Translations under genes and position numbers: made by a program
Notes under the pieces: generated by a model
The model's database searches: none
What the model saw: only the letters and a program-made list of their open reading frames with translations
What the model was told of the DNA's origin: nothing
DNA from: Lama glama
Taxonomy: Eukaryota
Direction: 5' to 3'
Assembly: GCA_028534125.1 (NCBI GenBank)
Contig: CM052818.1
Span: 34,040,001 to 34,104,000, forward strand
Length of the DNA stretch: 64,000 nucleotides
Shown: positions 43,719-64,000 of the stretch, piece by piece
Position numbering within the stretch: the first letter of the stretch is position 1
Layout: every line of letters begins with the position of its first letter

Positions 43719-43724
43719 AATAAA
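43719..43724 (+). terminator. CGREF1 polyadenylation signal
   Basis: AATAAA ~190 nt after the stop codon. Confidence 0.75.
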
Positions 43725-44029
43725 GAACTGAATGAACTCATCCCTCCTGCTCTGACCTCAGGCTGCAGGGGTAGGGGACTGGACAGGCCTCTGGGAGGGG
43801 CAGGGATCCAGCTTTTCCAGTGTTCCCAGATGGTGCTGAGACACAGCAGCGTACCGCACTAGGCCATAGCCAGCTGCAGACAACCCAGGCAGGAGAGCTT
43901 AGCCTCTTCCTGCAGCCCAGCCACTCCTGGTCCCCTCTCACCTGGTGTCGGACCACCAGCGGCCTGTTCAGAGCAGATCTTCCTTATCATCCTGTATCTG
44001 CCCCCAACCTCTGAAAATATTAACAATAA

Positions 44030-44250
44030 CTACCATTTGTTGAGAGCCTAGTACACACTGGGCAGCATGGCGGGCATTTTATCTACCGTCTGATTTTATC
44101 CTTATGATAATTCTATCACTAAGCAAAATTAGTCCCATTTGATAGATGAGGAAATTGGAGGTGAGTTCAGTAACGTACCCAAGGTGACACAGCTAATGAA
44201 GTGGCACATTTGAATTCAGGTCTGTCTCACCCTTTATCATACTCTATGAC
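44030..44250 (-). mobile_element. MIR SINE remnant
   Basis: taccatttgttgagagcct ... cccatttgatagatgaggaaattggagg ... cccaaggtgacacagcta. Confidence 0.7.
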
Positions 44251-44889
44251 CTCACTCCCCCTGTCCCAACTCCCATGTGGAAATCCACCATTCTAATATG
44301 CCCTCAGACCCAGGGACAGCTATACTCTGTATCCTGGGTCACATCTGTGGCTGAGGTACCACCTTAACTATGAGGTGGCTCCAAGGGTGAGGCGGTCAGA
44401 CTCGGCGGCAATGACTAGGGAGATATTTTTAAACTGCAAAGGCTCCACCAAACCACAGACTAGGCTCCCTACCCAGCCTGTCAGTTTGGCTCAGCCATGT
44501 GGACACTCCTGCAGCCATGGGATTTGAGTCTCATGACAGCCCAGAGGAGCATTTCTCAGGGCTTGTGTTTTTTCAGAAGTTTCCCTGGGGAGCAAGGGGT
44601 TGTCTCCTCCCCCACCAGGAAGTCTGGCCTCTACCAGGCCCAGTGGCTGCTCTTCACCAGGGAGGGCTGGGCCCCAGTAAGGGCACAGCTGGTGGCAAGC
44701 CTGGGGCACTTCCTGCTGCTCTGGTCTGGGCGGGTGCCTCCTTGGGGCCTGGGCAGGAGGTGAATTTGGGGAACAGAGAAAAAGAGGGTGAAGGCCTACA
44801 TGATGAAAGCCTCCAGAATCCCCAGCCAGAGCAGCATGGACATCAAGGATGAACAGACTGCCAGAAGGGAGATGGCTCTGGGAAAAGGA

Positions 44890-44895
44890 TTTATT
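44890..44895 (-). terminator. KHK polyadenylation signal
   Basis: TTTATT on + (AATAAA on -), ~180 nt after the KHK stop codon. Confidence 0.7.
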
Positions 44896-45069
44896 TGCTC
44901 TGCGGCTCTGCCACATGCGACACCAGGTCACAGGGGGGCCCTCTCACAGCTGGCAGATGCCCAGGGAGCAGGGCAGCCTGATGCAAGGCTAGCTAGAGAG
45001 AAGAAACCAACGGCAGCCAGTGCTGCCAGACTTGCGGCAGGTCAGGGGTGTGAGCCCGTGCCCCAACTA

Positions 45070-55701
<10,632 letters not shown>

Positions 55702-56199
55702 GAGGCTGCTCCCGGAGCTTTCTGCACGCCCGGCTGACGGGGTTCCTTTCGCTCTCTGCCTCTTATCCCGGAGGATCGTGTCCCCGCTCCCAGGGGCTGC
55801 CCTGGCTCCTCCTCCGCGTCCCGAGCTCCTCCTCCAGGGAGCTTCCCGCAGCGGCGAGGGGTGCAGTGGGGTACCGGGGACGGAGCCGGGCTCTTGCTCT
55901 CCACGCTCACCTACCCCGGCGGGCCTGGGGGCGCAGACCCCGAGGTTTTGATTTCCGGCCTCCCCTTAGCAGGTTGTGTGGCACAGGATATGGCCACGCA
56001 TCCCACTTCTCGGCCTCAATTTCCTCACTTGTCACACGGATTCGGAGCTAATGCAAAGCTGTCCAAGGGACAGCTAGGCAACCTCATGAATGCCAACAGA
56101 AAGTGCGGTAGAAAGGCACCTCTTACCCTGCCCTCTCTTGCACCGGCGGCTCCCACTCCAGACCCTAGACAGGCAGAGTTGAGTCGGGCCTCGCAGCTG

Positions 56200-56480
56200 C
56201 GGCCTGGCCCCCCTGCATCCCGCGCAGCTGCTCGCGCCGCCGCCGCTGCCCCGCCCCGCCCCTGAAGTCCGGCCAATCGCAGCCCGAGGCCTAGCGTCCG
56301 CCGCTAAGCAGCCGGGGCCCGCAAGGTGAGCGGCAGTGGTCACGTGACCGGAGACATCGCCCGCCGGCGCTGTGGTCTCAACTCCCAACGCCCTCTGGCG
56401 GACGTCGGCGGAAAGGGCGACCTGGAGGAGGGCCATTCTCGGCGCACTTCCCGCCCGCGCGTCAAGTGACTGCGGGCAGA
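56200..56480 (-). promoter_or_regulatory. KHK upstream CpG-island promoter elements
   Basis: GC boxes (~56250-56262), CCAAT at 56273-56277, 12-bp palindrome GGTCACGTGACC at 56338-56349. Confidence 0.65.
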
Positions 56481-56630
56481 GCCACCCAAGGCAGAGAGGA
56501 GGGCGCGAGCAGGGTCCAGAACCGAGGGCTCCCTCACCCAATACCCTGTGAATTCCTGTCTACCCCTGAACACATACTGGAGCAGACAGCTTTTTTCGTT
56601 TTGTTTTGTTTTTTAGAAAAACCAAGTGTC

Positions 56631-56636
56631 TTTATT
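56631..56636 (-). terminator. EMILIN1 polyadenylation signal
   Basis: TTTATT on + (AATAAA on -), ~365 nt after the stop codon. Confidence 0.75.
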
Positions 56637-57001
56637 CCTGAATAGTTTAGTATGGCAATGGGGACCGGAGCCCCCTCGGGAGAGCCCCGGAGCCCAGGGA
56701 ATCGGCCAAAAAGCCAGCTGGGGGAGGAAAGGGTGCAAGGATCGGCTCCTCCGCAGTCTAGGTCTTGCAGGGGACGGTGATCAGACCAAAAGCCCCAATG
56801 AGGCGACCCCCAGAGTCCTCGACCCGTACGCTCCGACCGTGAGGGGGAGGTTACTCTGGACGCCTGTGCCGCGGCGGGTACGGAGACAGCGGCTCGCTCA
56901 GGGTCGGCGCCCCGTCCCTGGCAAGACCCCGGGGAGCCGCCGCCCCAGCTGGCTCTTTGGCCGGCGTAGACACTTTGGGCCGGTCGGGCCCAGCCCCTGG
57001 T

Positions 57002-60000
57002 CTACGCCTGTTCTAGCTCCAGGTCCCCGTAGAGCAGGGCTCCGCTGAAGATGGTGAGCGGCTCCTCCGAGTGCGCCAGCTGCCCCATGACCAGGTCGAT
57101 GCAGACGGTGTCCCCAGCCTGCAGCGGCAGGATGAGGCTGAAGACGCCCAGGGCGCCTGGGCTGGGCTGGCTTTCGGCCACCGGCTTATTCTCCAGGCCC
57201 TCAGGCTCGTACCCGCCAGAGTCTATACGAGCCACGCCCAGGTTGGAGCGAGACAGCACCGCCTCCACTTTCTCGTGCCGGTGCCCAGTCAGCACTGCGC
57301 TCAGCAAGTAGCGTCCAGCCAGTGGCGCCGTGAACACGCCTGGGGGCAAGAGTGGCGGTCAGGAGGGAACAGGTGGCAGGGAGTGGGAAGGCCTCTGGGA
57401 GGTCATCCAGAACTCCTGGACCAGAGAGGGACCTGCTGGGTCTTTTCTCCTCTCTTGTAATGTAAGCTCCACGAAGGCAGGGCATTCGGTTTTGTTCATT
57501 TCCGCATCCCCAGCACTTCAAACTGCCTGGGCAAGAGCAGGCCCCCAGAAGAGAGCTCTGGACCCAGAGCGCCTCCCCTCCCAACCCCACCATTCAGCCC
57601 AAACTGTGGTGAGAATGAATAAATGAAGGCAAGAACACGGGTCTCCCCAAACCAAAGAATGAAGATTCACCTTGTCTGAAAAGTCAGGAATGGGGACATA
57701 TCACTGCACAGCCTCCCTGACTCGCCCCAGTGCCCGGGCTTACCAGTCTCTGGATCGTAGTAGCCCCCATCGTTGAGTAGGACTCTGTCGAAGGGCACTG
57801 TGCCTGGTTCAGACCGGGGCAAACTCAGGGCAGCTGAAAAGGCCACCCGGGGCACAGAGGGTGCTGGTGCCCCCTCCACTCCTGGGTGGGGGTGAAGAGG
57901 GTGTCAGAGTGGATGCTTGGTGCAGAGCTGTCCATCCCTCTTTCCCTCTCTAACCCCATAGCTGCCTGAGGTATCCTCCAAACCCTAGTTCAGTTCCCCT
58001 CCCTCCAGCATTGAATGAGAGGAACTTACCCTGTTCACCTTGGGGACCTGTGGGAAGAGGAAAGGGAGCAGTGAGAAGTAGGGGAACTTTTGCTAAGTCA
58101 CTCAGCAAACATCTGTTGAGTCTTTTGCACTGTGCTAGGTGCTATGCAGACTCCAAAGCAGGAATGGGGGTATCAAGAAAAGGAGGAATAGAGAAGGTCC
58201 GTTCTGTTCAACTGTTGGGCTATGAGCCCTAGCCCCCAGCCTTTCACACCTACACAGCCTTTGTAGGCTCAGCCTTCAACACAGCAGTGAGGCCACCGTA
58301 GCCAGTTGGCCAACACAATGACTATCCTAGCTCCTAGTCATTTTCCTTGTCATTATCAGCCATGTAGGAGCCCCAGTTCCTCGCCTCCTTCCCTCCTTCT
58401 CTGTCAAGGTCAGAGTGGATTGTCAAGCCCAGGTCGGCCTAGGTGGGTGATAACCCTGGCCACAGCAAGGATCTCAGCACACATACCTGGTGGCCCAATT
58501 GGCCCCTCTTGTCCATCCTTGCCTGGAGGTCCTGGAGGTCCAGCAGGGCCTGGGGGTCCCTGCATCCCAGGAGGCCCTGGGGGCCCAGCCTCACCTGCAG
58601 GCCCTGCAGTGACAAAGCTAGGTTGAAGAAGAGCCATAAGAGGAATTTCCAAAGGACAAGAAAAATGGTGGCTCCATGGACAGGTGACAAGGCCCTTCAC
58701 TGCCCATGCTGGGTATCTAGCTGGCAGTGCAGCACCCCGCCTCCACCCAAAGGCCTGTCTGAGCCATCAGGGGAGGGCAGGGAGCTGGGACCTTGGATCA
58801 TCTCTTGTGGACAAACCAAGCCCTGGGACAGTGGTGGGTCTGCAGTTCATGCAGGACAGGGCCAGGAGAAAGCAGATGAGGTTAGGGCGGGGCTGTCTTA
58901 GGGTCAAGGGAGGAGAAAGAAAGGACTTGAAAGGGGCCCCTCACTCTGCACCCCCTCTTCCCCTCTCACCAGTGAGGTCCTTCAGACTGAGCTGGTGAAG
59001 TCGGTCTTCCAGGAGCAGTAGGGAGCTGTTAAGGGCACCAAGCCGCTTGCCCAGGCCAGCCTGCCCCTCCAGCAGCTTCTCCAGCAGGGCTGCCTGGGTC
59101 TGGCTGGTGCTGTTGGTTTCCCGTAGCCTGGCCCAGAGCCCAGCCACGTGTCTGGAAAGGCCTTCACGCAGGCCTTGCAGTCCCCCGGCCACTGTGTCTA
59201 ACCGCTCACAGACTCCCTCAAGGCGGCCCAATCGCCCCTCTAGGCTAGGGCACTGGCCAGCCTGTGCCTGTCCTTCTTCCAGGCCTCGGAAGCGCTCCTC
59301 ACTCTCTGTAGCATGCTCTGTGGCCTCCTGCTGCAGCCTGTTAATCTCAGAGATGATGCGGTCCTTGGTGGCTCCCAGGTCAGCCAGATCAGCACCCTGG
59401 CCCTCCACGGTGGTCTGGAGCTCATGCAGTGAGTCATTGAGGGAGCTGAAGGTGAGAATAACCTCAGAGAGCTCTCCTTGCAGGGCCTGGAGGGCTGAGC
59501 CTGAGCTGCCCCCAAAGACACTGAAGCCATCCAGAGGCCCACGGCTTGGTCCCCCCACACCCGGGCCGGCCCCCGGGCCCCGTGGGGGTAACAGTGGGCA
59601 GGAGCAGCGCTCCACACCATCCCGAAGGCGGCCCAGTTCCTCCTGGACACCACCACAGGCCCCACAGCCCTCATCCCCACGGGCCTGCAGCAGACCCCCC
59701 AGTTGGCCCAGCCGTGCAGCTGTGAGATTCAGCTGCAGTGTGAACTCTGCAGCTGTCTCATCCAGTGCATCGACACGACCCTGGAGATGGCCCACGACCC
59801 CTTGCAGTCCCTCCAGCGCGGCCTGCTGGGCCTCCCCAGCTGCTTCCACCTTGTGCAGGCCTGAGCCTACCAGCTGCAGCTGCCCCTCACTGTCCAGCAC
59901 CCTGCGCTCCAAGGCACTGAGGATCTCACTGACCTGGGAGTCCTGCTCCCCTGGGGCTCCAGAGCAGAGCTGCCCACATGCCTGCACAGCTCCTGCCACC

Positions 60001-61881
60001 TGCTCTTCCAGCAGATCCAGCCGCCCACCCAGCTCCCCGCTCACATTGGCCAGCAACCCTTCCAGCTTCTCTAGTCGGCCCCGGGCAGCAGGCAGCCAGT
60101 GGCCCAGCCCTCCAGGACGCCCGGGCCAGCCCTCCTCCTGCTCTTCCGAGGGGCCTAGGGTGGAATTGAATCTGTCCTCTAGGCGAGAGAGGCGGGACAC
60201 TAAGCTGGTGTAGCCTGGGGGGTGGCCTCCCTGCCCAGCTGCTCCTCCCAGGTTGGCGCCTCGCCGCCCGCTCAGCACTGTCACTGAGCCAGCCACTACA
60301 TCCAGCCTCCGCTCCAGCTCAGCCAGTCGCCGGCCCAGCTCTGGAGGGCAGCACTCCTGAGGGGGCCAGCGGCCCAGGGCCTGCCCAGCGAGCTGCCGCT
60401 GCCGCTCCTCCACGGAGGCCAGTAGCTTCTCCAGTGCTCGCAGCCGCTCCCTGTCCTCCTGCTGCTGCCGGCGGAAGCCATCCAGCCCTGCCAGGCACAC
60501 AGAGCAGGACTCCTGCAGCCGCTGCTCCAACTCCCGCATCAACTCCTCACTATGGCCAGGAGGAGCCGGGGTTGGGTCCACGGCCCTGCCGCCACTGCTA
60601 CCACCACCACTGTGATGGTTGTTGAGATGGCCCAGCTCCTGGTCGTGAGTGGAGACGCGGTTGTCCAGGAGCTGCAGCTGCTGCTGGATCTCGTTGAGGG
60701 TTTCATGCACGCCAGGACGGGCAGCTGCATCTGCTGGCTGCTGCCTCCCATTAAAAGCCGTCTCCACAGCCCTCTGGACATCTTCTGCCAGGCGCCCACT
60801 CAGTCCCTGCAGGACACCCCGAAGGCCCTGCAGCTCCTTTGTCAGGCTCTGTACCTGCTCCTCCAGCTGCTGCACCTTCTCTGATTCCCCAGGACCTGGC
60901 AGAGAGGGGACGCATTAGGCAGAGGGACTAGATCTCAGAGCTCAGTGCCTACCTCCTAGGTCCTGCTCTCCCCAGCCCCAACAAGATGGCAGAGGTCCCA
61001 GCTCATATGGCCACTTCTTAGCTGGGTGACTTGGGCAAGAAAAAAATCGAAGAAACTCCATTCACTGAATGCCTGTAAGCCAAATGTGTACCATGGCACT
61101 TTCCTCCATTGAGTAGATACCATTAGCTCTTCCCACTTCATAGACTGGGAAACAGGACCAGAAAGATTAGTTAACTGGGCCACGGATTACAAGTTTAATA
61201 AGTGGCTGAGCTAAGTTTCAAACCCAGATCTGACCACCGAGCCCAGGTCCTTTCCACCGTCCAGAATGCCTCTTAACTTTATGAAAACTGTTTCCCTATC
61301 TGAAAAAATGGGAATGACACTATATCGCTCCCTCAGGGTGAGTGAAATGGGAGTGTGGGGGAGGCACTGTGCACCCCACAACAGTGGCTATTGCTGGGTG
61401 GCACCTCTCCATACCACCACAGGGACAAAAGCAGCTCTGAGGCAAGCTGTGGGGGTTCTGGCTGGATGATGGGAGAGTCAGCCAGAAGTTCCTGTTTCCA
61501 TAATTACAGCACGGCTATCTCCCTGGCAGGCAAACACAGCACATCCGCGGTGCCTGGCAACCGGGACTGCAGCATTCTGGGTTCTGCAGTCTCCAGAGGC
61601 CACCGAGGGGCCTGGGATCTGTAGTCAGTTGCAGTGCATGCTAGGACTTGTAGTCTCAGCTGTCTATCCCCTTGGGCCAAGCTTCTCGAAGGAATTCCCC
61701 CTTCCTCGCACAGCTGTTCCCAACTAGGAAGGATCTTGGCCACATGTGGGCGTGTGTGAGCACAGTCTCTCTGCCTGCCTTTCCTCTGGGTTTCACTAGA
61801 TCTCTCTGTCTCTGTCACTCACACAGACACACAGACACACACAGACAGACACAGACAGACACACAGACACAGACACACACA

Positions 61882-61916
<35 letters not shown>

Positions 61917-63998
61917 TTTCTCTCCCTCTCTCTCTCTGTTGCATGTGGGAATTTCAGGGATCTCATTAACTCCCTTCTGTCCCTTTCTTCTGCTCCCTCA
62001 GCAGCCCGGCCCCACACTTTCTCCCCAGTGCTATCACCCAATCCTCTCCCCAAGCGGCTCCCATACTCACCCTCCCCACCCAGTCCACTCAGGTGGCTGC
62101 CCGCACTGGAGCCAGAGAGGTTGGGGCGGGCCGGCTGGGGCCGGGGGCGCGGTGTGGTAGGTGCGGGACCCAGCGCAGGGGCAGGGCCCTCGGCGCAGTC
62201 ATCGCCCCCGTACCCCTGGCAGCACCTCCACTCCATGTCCGTCACTGTCTTGTAGGCCACGCGGTAGCGAGGGCGGAGGAAGCTGCGGTACCTGGGAGAG
62301 GCAGAGGGAGGCCTCTTTACTCCTCCCTGTACTGTCAGTGATCCTGACCCCTGTCCTCAGAAATGGACGGCTCCTGGTGGGCTAGGCCGTCCCTCAGGCT
62401 GGGTCCGCCTTACTGACCAGCATGTGGCCTTGCTCAGTTGACAGCTGTCAGCTTTTTGGCCAAGGGCCAAATCTCTGTTCTTCCTCCCCTTGTCCTGTGC
62501 TGGAACTTTGAACTCCTCTCCTTGAGCATGACCCAACCCAGAGAAGGCCCTGGGGTGCTGGCAGGGTGGTGGAGGTAAGTTAGTCCTCAGTATCCCACCA
62601 GCCAAACTGTTGCCTCAGCAACTCCTCAGAGTGCTCAGGAAGCCCCTGGTCCTGCCCCTTGCTACCTGCTTTGTACAAATTCCCTGGGTTGGCTGCCCTA
62701 GCCCAGCCCTCACCAAGTACCCATCCCCCAGCAGTGGGGCTCACATGATGCTGCGGGAACACTGGGGCTGGCCCCAGCCACAGGGCTGGTAGTCGGGCTT
62801 GACGAAGGTCTCCACTCCATCCTCAAGGACACAGCTCACTGTCCGGGTCACCACAAAGGCACACCAGTTCCTGCGGGCACAACCCCACCTGGGCCCAAGG
62901 GCCAGAGACACACTCCCCGGAGGAAGGCCCTGGGGCTACCAGAGGAGCTAAGGGAGGGTAAAAAGATGAAGGGCCTTGGGGACCAGTGGGAACCAGGGAT
63001 TTGGCAGGGGCAGCTCCCCCCACGCCTTCCTGTGCAGCAGGAGTCGATAAAGACTTTTCAAGATGGGGGAAGGAGGCACAGAATGGAAAACCACAACTAC
63101 AAGATGTTGATCCTCATGGCTGGGGGCGCCTGGGGGGCCTCTGAATCCATGCATTCATTCCTGTCCCTTTCTGTCTCAATCCCCAGCTTGGCATGGCTGG
63201 TGTGAGCCGGCTGGCCAGTCCCTCTGGTGTTCCCCTGGATGCTGGCTTCTACCCACCCCTCAGGGGAGAGGACAGGGCAGGCAGGGGTCCAGTTCAGGGT
63301 TAAGGAGAGAATAAGCCATTGACAAGCCCTGCCCGCCTTGGGGCTCACAGTTCTGCACTCTGGGCCCCATTCATGCTGACCTCTGGTCCGTGTCCGGCTG
63401 GAGAGCCGAAAGGAGCAGGGCAGGAGTGGTATCAGAATCGTGGATTACGGGCAGGGCTGAGGGAGCCCTCCAAAGGGATCAGAGGTCGGCTGAGAATCCC
63501 AGGCTGGTGTGCAGCTGGCAGCTGGCAGGAAAGCCAGCCCCTCGCCCCTCGAAGTAGTTTCCCTGGGCACCTTGGGCACCTAACGTGGAAGCTGATGCCC
63601 CTGAGGTTATGAGGTTAGACTGGGGGTACCTATCCATTCAGGGGGCCCTGGAAGTGCCCTGCAGGGAGGTTGGCCTACAAGAAGCCACCTGATGGCTGGG
63701 CTTCCTCTTCCCCCTTCCCTGCATTAGGGGGGACAGCCTAGGGAGGGTACCAAGGGAGGGGCCAGGATACCCACCTTACCCCCCACCCTCCCACCTACTT
63801 CCAGCCTTGGGCTGGGACCCAGACTTACCTGTGGCGGCTGGCAGGCCGAGGGGCACTCTGGGCCTGGGCTCCCCCAGGGCTGAGGGCCCCGCCACTCCCA
63901 GTGTAGAGGCTGTAACCGCGAGGAGGGTAGCTGGCTGCCCCCACAGCTGTGGTCAGCAGGCAGCAGAGGTAGCAGCTCCAGAGGGTGCTGGGGGCCAT
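57002..63998 (-). CDS. EMILIN1: EMILIN-1 (EMI domain, coiled coil, collagen stalk, gC1q), 1017 aa, 8 exons
   Basis: Exons 63998-63829, 62870-62745, 62291-62071, 60895-58970, 58603-58487, 58047-58030, 57881-57744, 57339-57002 (3054 nt). EMI motifs [13 protein letters not shown] and WRCCQGY, Gly-X-Y repeats, C1q motif VAFSAAL...TIFSGALLY. Confidence 0.97.
61800..61938. repeat. Compound (CA)n/(GACA)n/(CT)n microsatellite
   Basis: Directly visible in EMILIN1 intron 3. Confidence 0.95.
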
Positions 63999-64000
63999 GG

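Noticed and set aside
59047..60213. 388-aa plus-strand ORF
   Set aside because: Antisense frame of EMILIN1 exon 4, kept open by GC-rich codon usage.

Overview
Mammalian genomic DNA, most likely a camelid because it carries two vic-1-type tRNA-derived SINEs. The gene order matches my recollection of human 2p23.3: TCF23 (-, exons 1-2 only), PRR30 (+), PREB (+), ABHD1 (-), CGREF1 (+), KHK (-, both mutually exclusive exons 3A/3C) and EMILIN1 (-). All complete genes were spliced by hand into intact frames. The intergenic and intronic DNA holds nested L1, L2, MIR, MaLR/ERV LTRs and DNA-transposon remnants. The most interesting observations are: (1) a ~1.13 kb decayed minus-strand frame at 5608-6735 whose motifs and spacing resemble a Mononegavirales nucleoprotein, with a splice acceptor and Kozak ATG in front of it (a candidate endogenous viral element, unverified); (2) a polyadenylated, TSD-flanked retrocopy of just the R region of an LTR family whose full solo LTR lies 5 kb away; (3) a polyadenylated L1 5'UTR plus mini-ORF1 element nested in another L1. 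Gene, repeat-family and viral-motif comparisons come from memory of reference sequences, not from database searches. Repeat boundaries are approximate.
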